Shown here: positions 45,690-58,117 of the stretch, piece by piece
How the letters are laid out: each line of letters starts with the position of its first letter
Numbering within the stretch: the first letter of the stretch is position 1
Assembly (NCBI GenBank): GCA_051362555.1
Contig: CM120643.1
Span: forward strand, 15,412,644-15,476,643
Length of the DNA stretch: 64,000 nt
Origin: Lingula anatina
Taxonomy: Eukaryota > Animalia > Brachiopoda
Direction of reading: 5' to 3'
The notes under the pieces: model-generated
What the model saw: only the letters and a program-made list of their open reading frames with translations
The model's database searches: none
Told to the model about the DNA's origin: nothing
Position numbers and translations under genes: made by a program

Positions 45690-48438
45690 TTTTTTATATT
45701 TTTTTTTTTTTGTACATTTAATCAAAATATGTGATAAGAACTTTTTGAGATATCTTGTCATCAAACTAATGTCAATGAAAACAACCTTCATTGGTTGAGG
45801 CAATTGTGTTACGTGTTATTAATGGCTGTTATTTTCTCAGGAGTTTGTCCCGAGGAGATGGAGAGGCCCCAGAGGACGGAGAGGGTGCTGTCAACACAGC
45901 CATGGGGGCACTGCAAGCAGACGGAACACTAGCAGCAGCAGATGATGGAAAGAAGAAGAAAAAGAAGAAGAAGAAGAAGTTGACAAAATCTGAAAGGGCT
46001 GCAGTGAGTGTTTTTTCATTAGAGCTTTCAAATTAGAGTGCATTAGACTGCTTGACTGAGAAAAATATATATATATGGGAGGGGGAGGGGTTATTTGTAC
46101 TTTCTGTAGTACTCATCTAGACACTGACTAAAGAAAAAGACTTCTAAAAGACTGGGAGAAAGGAATCATTTTTTTGAAGTGTCTGTATGTTTGCATTATA
46201 ATCTATAAACCTGTTTTAGAGTTCTAAACTTCAAGGTTGTCACTCTTGAGTTGGAGATAGAGACTATAACATTTTACTTGAGTTCAACCGCAGCGCAGGT
46301 TACAAGACTATTTTAAGTTTCCTCAACCCATTTTTGAGGCTTTTTTCACAGACTCTCACATTTTCATTTACAGCTGAAGCTAGAGAAAGCCATCAATGCT
46401 TACATGTCGCAGGAAGAGCACTACCGTAACTTCATAGACACCATCCACAATTGGCTCACAGATAAAAAGAACGCTGAGAAGATGACACAGCTGTTTGCTT
46501 ATTATGACACAAGAGGAGAGAATCATGTCACTTATGATGAATTTAAAGCAGGTGAGTATACAGATAAAGATGTAAGTTATATTGAATATTTTATCCTACT
46601 GAAATGTGGTTTACACTATAGTTATACACTATTAAAGCAATCTATATTTGACTTGTATTTAACTATTTAAGGTAACTAAATGTCTCATAGTAACACCATC
46701 TTCTCCAATCATTCAAATGGTGTGTCCTAACACTTTTTAAATTTCAGCTGGGTCTGGTCACAATGTATTGTCATTGCCATTGCTTTTTTAAAGACATAGT
46801 TAAATAGTAGCATAGATGCTACAAGCATGCCATATTCAACCCTTTTGTTGTACTGTAGTTATCATGCAATTAACTAGCTTCACATTGATACAAAAAATTC
46901 GCTTCCTATTCCTTTTCATGTAGAACGTGGCAAAACTTTAAAGAGAATTTTGACAATGGATAAGAGATGTGCTTGCATATGTGATGTGCAGCATATAACC
47001 AAACATAACCACTTGACATTCCTTTTTATGATGGTTTGGATAAAAGCATTGGCATATCTGTATTTAGAAAAGAAAATCTTGTAAATTTATGTTACAACTT
47101 GCCTTAATCTTCTCGTATTTTCAGGTATGCGTGACCTCAATATTCCGTGCAATGTATTAGAACTTCACATCTTGGCCAAGCTTTTGGATAAAGAGGATAT
47201 AGAAGAAATTGACTACACCATGCTCCCTAAAGGACTGTCCTTTATTAGGTTTGTATTTCACATCTAGTGAATAGATTTAAGTTCTAGGTAATGGAATTGA
47301 CTTGATTATATACCAGTTTTGTTTAGCAATAACAGTCAGATTTTTGATAAATGTTTTAAAAATTATTTTAATTATCAATTTTAATTATTTCAAGTACTAC
47401 ATGAAAAACTGTAAAATGTACATCTTAACCTTCAGGGAAGCAATGGATGATGATTCAGATTCTGAATCAGAGGAAGAAGAAGCAGAAGTCACTGAGACCC
47501 CAGTGGAGGGAAATGTGAAACCCCTAAACACAACGCCTATGCAACTGCTCCTAGGGCAGACACCCCAAGACAAGCCTACGCAAGTGGAGACTGACACACA
47601 AAAATATGAGAAGATTAAGTTGATCATGAGTCAGAGGAAGCTGCCTGCCTGTTCAGGATGCAAGCTGGGCATATCAGAACCATACAAGCCAAAGAAATCT
47701 AAGTAAGTGATTGAAAATGAACCAAGTTATTTGCATTGAAGGCAGAAGCACTGTCTAATAAGTTTTCTCAACCCATTTTTCATTCCATATTTTATGATGC
47801 ATTCTGCTAATTATTTACCAATTTTTTAATTAATTAATTTTTTAATTAATTAATACCCTGCATGGGTACCTTAACACATGATCATGGTTCTAAGGTTTAA
47901 ATAATTTAATGCTGTTAAGATATGCAAGCAAATGGGGAAAATTGAATGAAATGCTTACTATGCTCGAAAAGTGAAAATGTCAGTGTAAAAGGTGAAAGTA
48001 CATAGCAAAGGTGAAGGATAAATGATTTTGTCATTCTCTTTCAATCATTAATTTATTTTACCATTTAGGTACATACAGCTGGAACTGAAGCTAGCCACCT
48101 TTGCAAATCTGAACAAACCCCTTCCCCTGAATTTAATCAAGTTGCTCCCTGCCCACACAACTGTAGCTGGTCTGATCAGTTTGGTGGTAAGTGAGCTTCA
48201 CGTCTCTTCCTCCACCATCGCCATTTTCAGGGACACATCCAGAGATCCTGAGATGGCGCTGGATCCCAGTACGACGCTGGAGGAAAATGGCTACCCTGGT
48301 GGCAGTTACGACTCACCTCAGCTCTTGACTCTGTATTATGATTATATCGTGGAGTTCAGAGATTGCCCGTTATTAATGTGTGATCACTATATGAGGAAAG
48401 TTCCCATAGAACAGATTATGAAGTCCATAAAGAGGTAA
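45341..48438 (+). CDS. Uncharacterised protein, ~381 aa: Lys-rich N-terminus, degenerate EF-hand pair, acidic linker, CxxC, probable ubiquitin-like C-terminal domain
   Basis: Exons 45341-45384, 45841-46003, 46374-46551, 47125-47248, 47436-47702, 48069-48438 (1146 nt, all GT-AG, phases consistent). An in-frame TAG lies just upstream of the ATG. EF-like segments are LFAYYDTRGENHVTYDEFKAG and LLDKEDIEEIDY. A probable non-coding first exon ends at donor 43981. Confidence 0.85.
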
Positions 48439-49934
48439 TGGACATTGATAACGATGTTCAGTTTTTCATTGCAATATATTTAAAGAATCATCGTAACAAG
48501 CAAGACAATCATGTTTAAATTTATAGAGCACTTTCGTCTTGGAATGATTTACCGGTAGTATTGTTTAAGGAAGAGTTGTGGAATTATGGTGTATTTTCTC
48601 TATATAATCTCTAAGAAAGTCTTTGAAAACTACAATGTTGTTTAGATTGTTATCAGATATTTCACATTGTTCTGGTTACAAATTCCAAAATATCTCTCGT
48701 TTGATTTATGCTGAAGAATGTGCCTTAATATGTCAAATATATTTACATACTTTCATGTAAGCTGGTGATTATAAACTGTAGTTTTATTTTATTTTCTTTT
48801 TAGTTTTTGATTTCCCATAATTAAATGGAAAACCGAATGTGATGAAAAAATATCATCACAAGATATAATTGTATATAGTCAAAGACAAATATAAAATGCT
48901 TCATGAAGCATCATTTTAAGTGGACTTTTCTCTCATTTTAGCACTAGTTATCATAGATGTATTCTATGGCACCTGTTATACATTTTTAATAGAGTGATTT
49001 TATTGTTGAATGCATTATGAATCAATTTACAGTAACTTATTTTGTAATCAAGAGATGAACATATTTATGATATATATATATAGTGGTTTCATATCATGGA
49101 AGCGATTAATTCAGATAAGCTGTATGGATCATGCCTTGTGATATTTTTTTAATGCAGAACTCCAGTTAGGATTTATAGAGTTGTGATTTACAAACATTTA
49201 GATGTGGAATCAATTTTTTCATCAGAATCATGTTATATGTGATTAGAACAAATAAGAAATTGATTTCATTTTTTAACCTCAGCTGATAGTTATAAATATA
49301 TTTTAGTTTTAATCATTCACTTATTCTTTTCCATTTTTAGAAAATATTTAGATAAGTTTAAGTGCATGACGTCATTACCTCCAAGTCTATGTCCAATATC
49401 TCTAGTCTTTTTGTGCATCATTATGTAACCCTCCGATATTTCAATCTTGTGAATAACATCTAATAATAAGCTGTATATTGTTTAACCATTAAAATGTCTT
49501 CTCTGACCTTATCATCACAAAATTGTGATTGTATGAATGAAAAAAAAACATACAAAATGTAATATTTTATGTCCATCTCATCAACAATAGTATGACATCT
49601 GACAGAGATGAAGAAAACCCATTTTAATACACACTACATATTTTGACAGGCACAACAACAGAATGAAAGTGGTAAAATGTATAAAATTTAAAGGCAGAAA
49701 ATATCTCACTGTAAGCTGTGGTCTTTTATAATTCTACAAAATCAAGGCTGAATACATTTATGAAGAAAGAGTTTAAACCGATAAAAACCGTGCCATTATG
49801 TTTCGACTTGGGAACATTGTCTCCTGAATATGAATAAAGTGGGTGACAAAACGAAAATAAGGACATTAATGATAAATAATGCAGTCAATCAACACTGACT
49901 TTTAATCATGCACAAAAGGTAACATGGTCAATAA

Positions 49935-50090
49935 CAGGAGCAGATCCAGAGATATTTTCTGACAGTATTCCAAATTATCTTTGTTGATCCATCCTCCATT
50001 TTTGATGGTCTTCCAACAAAAAAAAAAAAGATACTCGTTAATGTAAACTTTTAAATCTGACCGTCTTCCAGAAGACCCAGAAGACAGTCT
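49935..50090 (-). mobile_element. Diverged, truncated reverse copy of the 3972 MITE
   Basis: Aligns to the reverse complement of 3972..4139 (ctgacagt.ttccaaattatctttgttgat ... ctgaccgtcttc..gaagacccagaagac). Confidence 0.8.
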
Positions 50091-51649
50091 CTCTTTGAAA
50101 TGCACTCAGCATTTTCATACCTAAACTTTTTTGTTTAAACAGAAAAAAAAACGCGTATTTAACTCGGAGGGAAGAATCAACGTACGGCTATAATAGTTTT
50201 TGGAGGGAAACTACGCATGCCTCTCCCCCAATAATTATTGACAGTGTCCTTGCATCTTGTTGACATGATATCAACCTGAAGTTTATAAACCTGCCCCAGG
50301 CCATCATTGGACGACCTTGTCGGCTTACACTGGAACACTTATTCACAATATACACTGATCCACAATGCACTTTGAAGAAACTTTCATTTCATTTCTTGTT
50401 TCACAGATGATGATAATAAAGATAAAGTGATAGTACATTTTTGCTATAAATATTTATGTGGAGTTGTCCAGTTTTTTGGTAGCATTAATTTTCCAAGGAG
50501 AAAGGATAACTAAAGGATAATATACTTGCTGTGATTTAATGTTTTCTTTTACTTTTTACATTTGCTTAAATGTTTTAACTACTTCTTATATTTGCTTGAA
50601 AGAAGATGGCATGCAGGGCTTCATAGTCCTCCTTTTCACTGTTCAGAACTGGCATGGTTTAAAAAAACTTTCGTGTGTGTGTGTGGGGGGGGGGAGGGAG
50701 GGAGTTACCTCCCTCAGCTCCTGTGATCTTTTACGTTGTTAAATTACCAAAATTAACAGGTCTGTAGACGGAAAGGGGGGGGGGGGGGGGGGGGGCGAAC
50801 CCCAGAAGAAGGTTGTTTGCTCAGGGCAACATATGACCTACGTACACGGAGGTTTCATGGTAAAAGGTCAACTTATAGAAAAAAAAAACGTCACATTTTG
50901 ATAATCTACATCTACTACAATTACCCAAATGGTCTTTTATTTTTAAAAAATGATTAACAAAAAGCATACAACCATATAATGAAGAGGACATTATGAGAAT
51001 GAGTCTCTAATAACTAAAATGAAAAAGTATACTTTTAGCTGAAGATGGAGTTAAACAATCTGCCTCAACGGGTTCAGGGGTTGGGGTGAGAAGTAAAAAA
51101 GTAGAAAGCCAAAATGATGAAATAACCTTAACATGAAATTACACAGCTTATACGAAGCATATTTTTCTGACTGGCGTGGAGTTTTCATTTTTTACCACAT
51201 GGAATTTAATGTAAGCGATACTTAGACTACCTGTTCAATACCCGCTAGAGATATGCAGCAAGAAAACAAAGCGTGGACATCTTGGGATATGGTGGCCAGA
51301 CCATGGACAGACGGCAGAGAGTTACAGGTGGTGCCCCCTCTGAAAATGGAGGTAAGGCCAATGATCCGAGAAATTAAGTATTGGGCATGTACTGTTAATT
51401 ACTTTTCGATTTCAATGGTGCGATGTGCGTAGAATAGGTGATTTTGCTACTTAAATATGAAGCCTATTTAATGATGTCAATCTATGGCAAATTACGGGGG
51501 ATTGTGAAAAATGGGTAATTGAAGGTCTGGTCATTCCCCCTTCTTCTACCCCCTTACCCTCAAAAGACAAAAAAACCATGAAAACAAACATTTTAGACGA
51601 TACATATTTATATTTTTATTAAAGATAAATTTCCTAAATTGATGGGTTT

Positions 51650-51890
51650 CAGGGGCGGATCCAGGATTATTAGAAGGGGGGTCCAGAACGACAGATCTCG
51701 AACGCGAAGTCGACCATCGCCCCCTAGGCGTGGGGTTCGTTGCCTGCTCAAGGGCCCCGAAAATTTTTTGATGTTTTTGAGGGCAAACGGTGCCCTTTGG
51801 TGTGATTAAGAACTATTTTTTTTTTCAAGAGGGGAATATTGGTGTGATATATTTTTCAGAAACCAAAGGGGGAGGGGTCAGGACCACCCA
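51650..51890 (+). mobile_element. One-ended hAT-like MITE fragment; the same 5' end occurs at 1556
   Basis: caggggcggatccaggattatta is shared by 51650 and 1556; no matching second terminus seen. Confidence 0.55.
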
Positions 51891-52445
51891 GTTTCATGTA
51901 AAATATATTTGCTCTTTATCTTTGTTTAATATACCTGTATAACTGCTTTGAAATGATAATAGAAAATAGTTATCTAAACAGAGCTGTTACATTAACAAAT
52001 GCTATAATATTCTATTTACTAATTGTTTTGTTTTTTATGAAAAATGTTTTATTCTAAGTTTCATTTTTTTTTCTTTGAGCACATTGTGTTGCTATATTTG
52101 TATAAAATATCATTTTGATGTATATTTATTAAAACTGAAACATACGGGGAATTTAATAGAATATTAATGACTCGTGTAATTTGTTATCTTTTTCAGGTGA
52201 AAATAGGCCTAAGCCTGCAATTTTGCCACAGAGCGATTGTAATTTAGCATTAAATGAATCAATATATTATAAATTTATAGTTTATAATTTAGTCATTAAA
52301 TCAACGATGCAAGACATAGATATATTTTTCTTAAAAAAGATTTATGTGGCATTCTCGATTGAAAGACCAAATCTGAGATGATCTCACATCATAATTCGGC
52401 CATGGCGGTGTAGAAGCATACAGGTTGATGGTATTAGCCTAGCTA

Positions 52446-52709
52446 CAGGGCCGTAGCCTGAGCAAAATGCCAGGGGGGGCAGTAAGCGGACACGAGGGGG
52501 CGAAGCCCCCGAGGGGGGAGGGGGTGTCCCCCTCCCTAGATTGTTGAATGATTGTCTAGTGGCCATGAGTGCATTTTCCCACAGAATTGATACCAAGTTT
52601 GCAATTATTTTTTTTACCTTTGCGATTATTATTTATTTTATTTTTTTTGAACCTCAAATCCCAGGGGGGGGCAGCTGCCCCCCCTGCCCCCCCGGAGGCT
52701 ACGGCCCTG
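52446..52709. mobile_element. MITE, hAT-like termini, 5-bp TSD
   Basis: Perfect 14-bp TIR cagggccgtagcct / aggctacggccctg, with AGCTA on both sides. Confidence 0.85.
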
Positions 52710-52981
52710 AGCTACCTATGTCGAGAACAAATATACCCCCCAAAAATTTTTAGAAATAAATAGGAAAAAAAATAGTATGCAAAATTAAATGGAGTGAAGA
52801 GAAAGAAAAATAAGAAACTTCAATAAGATCAAAATTGTGTAATGTAATTAAATTGCCGTGTCCACCCTGAAGGGCAGAAACCACTAAATCAGCCAATCAG
52901 CTGATCAACGAATGTAGTTCAATGAGAGAAATGAGTGCTTTTTTCCATTTTTTTCCTGGCATTTCTTGTGTGTTGCTAGGG

Positions 52982-54017
52982 TTAATTTTGGTATCAACTA
53001 GCAGGCTAGGGTGTAAACTATTGCCAGTTTTTTTTTTTTTTCAGGACCAGGCACAGGTGCGGTGCAGTCGTGAGACCCCTGGCGGAGGGGGCTACTGACT
53101 GTGAGTGGTGCAGTGGTTTGTTTACAAACAGAGGGGTGCACATGTTCAAGTGATGCCGGTAAGAAATTATGTTGGATGACAGTACATTTTTTTGCCATTG
53201 GGAGTTATGTCAGTGTGTCTGCTGTCCATGGGGGTGAGAAATGTTTCACAGAGTAATTTTGTTCATGCAGTTTTGCAGGCATTTCTTAGTATGGTCGTCA
53301 ATGGGAAATTATTTGGTGGTTTCTGCCCTGAAGACAAGACTTTAAATCGACATTCACCTTGTATTTGATTGGTCACAACCTTATCACGCCGGGAGAAAGT
53401 GCTGCAGATGTAACATTTCTGGCAGACGAGGAAGGAGGTAGAGTAAAATTTAGGTGAGTTTGTTTCTTCATATTCACTGTTTTGAGCTTCCATAAAGCAG
53501 TTATTTAGTTATACATAATTTCTATTACTAATTTGTCGTAGGAAAGGCGATAAGCGGTGGGAAATTCTCTGCCAAAATTGTGCTCGACAAGTTCAAATCA
53601 TTTGACAAATGACGGCATTATTTTGTATTTTTGGGAACCGAAGCCGGAAGGCTACGATTTTTCTGTTTGACTTTTTGATATCAGTTAATTTTCTTATTTG
53701 AAAGATAGACTAAAAAGTTTCCTATTGTCTACTCATAAACTTGTCAGCTTTCTCATGTAACAAAAGTTTAAAATTTCTAAAACTAAATTCATAAATAGTA
53801 TTGCATATGGCAGAAAAATCCACATTACTCAATGTCATAAACTTTTAAATGTCTGCACTACATCTCTCCCTTTAAAATACATGTATTCTGAAAACATTGT
53901 TAAACCTCTGCAATCGGGAAAGAATTACTTGAAACATTGGATCAGTTTTATGTCTCAAAAAAGTTATAAAAAATTGTTAGTCATCCATAAATTGTTTATA
54001 GTGAGACCACATCTTAA
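52982..54017. mobile_element. Possible degraded Kolobok-like DNA transposon
   Basis: The right end tagtgagaccacatc-ttaa loosely mirrors the left ttaa-ttttggtatcaacta; the interior is CpG-richer with a broken Cys-containing ORF on the minus strand. Confidence 0.35.
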
Positions 54018-54805
54018 TTGCTTAATGCTTTATATTCTTAATTGTGATTAATTAATTATTGCCATCAGGCAGATCAGCCCCAACCCCAATCCCCAGTCCA
54101 TTATAGAGGGTAGGAAATACCTTTTGCATTCCGCATGATTGGTCTTATTTTTCAAGCGTGATGCATTATTTGAGCCCAATATTGAACTGTGATTCAGGAA
54201 TTCTTGGTAATTGGCCTGAATATATCTTGGTGATTAGTGATTAAGGAGGGAGTATTCATTTTAGGAGTAGCTTAATTAGACCAAATCAATCAATCTTATT
54301 GATGGTGGACCCGTCAACATCATTAATTAAGCAACAGCATAAATAGATTTCCAGATCCTACAATCCGCTATGACACTGGCAAGTACAATTTTGTTCTCCA
54401 AGCCATGCAGTGTCCTAGCTCAAGGAAAAGGTGGACATATCATGAGCCATGTGCAGGTACCCAAAGCAGAAATCTACATGCTGCTTTGTCTGTGTGATGA
54501 TAAAAAAAAGGCCAGATGCCCTCAAAGTCTGTTATTTTAGAGGTGACTTTTGGTATATTGCCATAGATCTAATGTTTGGCACTTTGTCCATCCCACTAAG
54601 TGCAGCTTTTAGTAACCTGGTGTAGCATCTATTAATACAGACAACCAAACTCAGCCATGTAAACAGCTATGTAACTGTAGTTCTCTCTCCCTTTAAGTTT
54701 GAACATATCCTTTTGTGTAACACTAACATATGCTTGTACCCATATGTTTATAGTATGTTTATGGTAAATTTATAATCACACCAAGGTTTATCTCACTAGT
54801 ACTTA

Positions 54806-55350
54806 GAGCGTATTCTCAACGAATTAAGCCAGGCTTTACAAAGCCGGTGACCTAAAAATGGCGGACGTACATGAAAGAAAAACCGCCTAATCTTTTAATA
54901 GTCTCTCCGCCTCTCACACGCCTCCCCACACGACGTCCCTGCGGGGTACAGTAATTAAATCTCGGCTCCGAACATTAATATTTCCGTGAATATCTCTGGT
55001 GATATTATCTCCGTACATAGTCGATTCATTGCTGCTCTACGGGCCAATTTATTCCTTTTCGTCTCTGTTTTCAAAGATAATAGAACAGAAGAGCTTTTTT
55101 CCTTCGATCGCCTTCAGCCGCCATGCTTTCTTCACCACGAGTTTAACTGATGAGCATGCGCACTTAATATTTCTCAGGTAGCTTCCGCATGGCGAACGGA
55201 GCCGAGATTTAATTACTGTACCCCGCAGGGACGACGTGTGGGGAGGCGGAGAGACTATTAAAAGATTAGGCGGTTTTTCTTTCATGTACGTCCGCCATTT
55301 TTAGGTCACCGGCTTTGTAAAGCCTGGCTTAATTCGTTGAGAATGCGCTC
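54806..55350. mobile_element. Young long-TIR (foldback) MITE with TA flanks
   Basis: Arms 54806-54970 and 55197-55350 are near-perfect inverted repeats (the left arm has an ~11-nt extra duplication); CpG-rich. Confidence 0.88.
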
Positions 55351-56150
55351 TATGATAGAATGTTTTATGAGTAATTTTACTAGTACATATGTTCATTATA
55401 TAAAGATTGTTTTTTCATTCACAAACGGCCGCTAGGCAACATAATTACCAACTAGAGAAATGGTAATGCACCAACTGTATTGTATCGTCATTGGTATATC
55501 ATATTGTACAAGGTCATGACAACCTATGTACCAGTACAGAAATAAATTGTATGGAATTGAATTGAATAATGTAGACTTCAAAGGGAAGCTGTTAGTAATT
55601 AGACTGGTGTGTTAATTAGATATTGATGCAGACATATCATGATCCAGATAAAATTCCCAGACTGTTGGCTGTTTGTGTATACCTCAGTGTCCAGGCTTTA
55701 TGTACTGGTCGTAAAATTTAAGCCTTGTGGCTTAGGGAAGTTAAAAATATTTAAAGCATTTAGTCAAATGTATCATTGATCTGATTAATTTTTTTCCCCA
55801 GTTAGCTAATTTTATAGTGAAATTACTGATATCTGGTGAATTTGTCAGAATTTGAAGTTTTAAAGAGCTGGGGTGTCAGGATTAATTGACGCTTCTTCCT
55901 TTGAAACATAACCTTAACCATGGAGAAGAACTAAATTACAATAAAGCTGTACATTAATATATATCCATCAGTATTAGTATGTTGAACATTATGTATTAGA
56001 TATTGGGATAAGTGTCAGAAGCTCTTTAAGACAATAAAATTTCCATGGTTTAAATATTAGTAGTCACAATTTACATGCAGTAAAGGGTGTGATGCAATGA
56101 AATGTGGATACAAATGTTGTGAAAATCATGTATTGAAAATCAAAAAGAAG

Positions 56151-56188
<38 letters not shown>

Positions 56189-56190
56189 AG

Positions 56191-58100
56191 GTAGAGTTAT
56201 ATCAGTCAGTGGTATCATCATGGCAGGGCGTGGGCGTGGCGCGAGGATGAAGAAATTAAATGGAGGGAGTCTGGAAAAACCCAGACAACTGAAGATACAG
56301 CAAGGTACTGCAGGTCTGATTATTTTAATTATCTAAACAATAAATTCCTCACTCATGCACATACTGGCCTACCCTATAACTATATATAGACAACACATGC
56401 ATTGAAGTATTATTTAATTTACTTCATTTATTCTATTTGACTTTTTTTCTTTAATAAATAATACAGTTTTTTCACAATCTTCAACTTAAGTACACTGTGC
56501 ATTTATATTTTTCCATTATTTGACACTTATTGAACTGTGATTTACTTAATTTTGTGTACGTAGCATATTCCACATTAATTCATGTTTCACGATTTATCTT
56601 TTAAGTAATTTCAATTAAGGAAGATGAATTCTGTATATATTGACATCCTTTTGAGCTGACAAATACAAAAAAACTTGTTTCATAAAGAATTTGTTTCAAT
56701 TATGTCTCAAGATCTTGTTTGCTGCTTATTTCATCTTAATTTTTTGCACCTCTTGGTTTTCTAATTTTGCACAGATATATTCATATTCCCATAAATATGT
56801 CTTATAATCTAATTCAGGCTTACAGTTTAAGTCTAATTAATCTCCTAATTAGCCCATTGGGGACTTCAGCTGTATTACTGGGAAAACAGCTGTTCTTGGT
56901 CTTTGCACATATTTCATTGGACTAAAATGTAGGCCCGGAAATAGATTAAAAAAAATTGATTTGTGTAAAACATGACAAACCTACCTAGTGTTATTCTTTG
57001 TCTCAATACCATTTTAGTGATGACCAATCTGAGAGAGGCAGAACAGATTGTGTATAAACTGTCAGACAGAAAGGCGTCGTTTCAAGAGGTCAGTGACCTG
57101 TGCTCCATCTCGAAGAGGCATGGGAAGGAACTGGAGACCAGAAATGAGGGTAATTACTTGGAACTTGTTTTTTTAGTAAGTTTGGAGTAATCATACATGT
57201 TATAATTGATCCATTGCATACTCATTTAAAATTTACATTGAATTATAATTTTCATTTTCATCTATCCAGGTGGATGGATACGTAACAATGAATAAAATAT
57301 ATATATGTAACCTAAGTACATACATATGTAAATTAATATTTTTCAACTGACACCTGTTCAACATTGACTGGCTTTAACTTGTGCATATTCCAGAGGAAAG
57401 GGGGGTCACACTTCACTGTGATTAAGTGACCAAAAGTCAGTTTTAATTGTCACACTCATTGATTACGAATAAGCTGTTTAATTGTAAGACACTTCTTTTT
57501 CTGTCACCTGTATCTTGCGTCTTTAATTTTAATTAATTGCTGCCTAGATTAGTAATCTGAGCACCTTTCCATTAAAGATAATTAAAGCAGCTTTTGAACT
57601 ATATTTCAATGCAAATTTTTAAAACCTCCATCTCCCTTAGTTGGTTCTTACTGAACTTGTACAGAACATGTAGATGATGACCACACCTTTCATTTCAGCT
57701 ACCCTTAATAAGATATTCAACACAACACGTCAGGCAGCTAATTAAGGACCAGTATCTCAACTCTCAGGGCAGAGGGCTAGTTATGGACATACTGGAGGCC
57801 AGGGCCAGGAAATGGGCAGGGCCAGACCACGTCACCCAGGGACACTAAGAAGCAGAAGCAGCAGGAGATGGCTCTCATACAGGTGGGTGGGGTGTGGCAG
57901 CTGGCTAGAGAGAGGGTTGTGGCATTGAGTTGGGTTACATTGCATTAAAAAAGCTACAACGTGAAAGGAGGAACCTTACAGATTTTTCCTGTTATAGGTG
58001 ATATTTGTCTGATATACTAAACTGATGAACAAATGAAATCCAGAAATAGAAGTAGGAGCCCTGGCACAGCTTTGTGGCAGAAATACAGTAGCCCTAAAAA
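56191..58100 (+). pseudogene. Series of orphan exon-like segments (degraded gene fragment of unknown family)
   Basis: GC-richer, AG/GT-bounded blocks 56191-56313, 57018-57149, 57768-57882 and 57998-58100 lie in AT-rich DNA. They give protein-like translations (MAGRGRG..., MTNLREAEQIVYKLSDRKASFQEV..., EIEVGALAQLCGRNTVALK) interrupted by stops. Confidence 0.4.
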
Positions 58101-58117
58101 GTAAGCACAATGGGACA

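Noticed and set aside
51680-51800. tRNA or other structured RNA in a GC-rich patch
   Set aside because: No cloverleaf or A/B boxes; it follows a MITE terminus.
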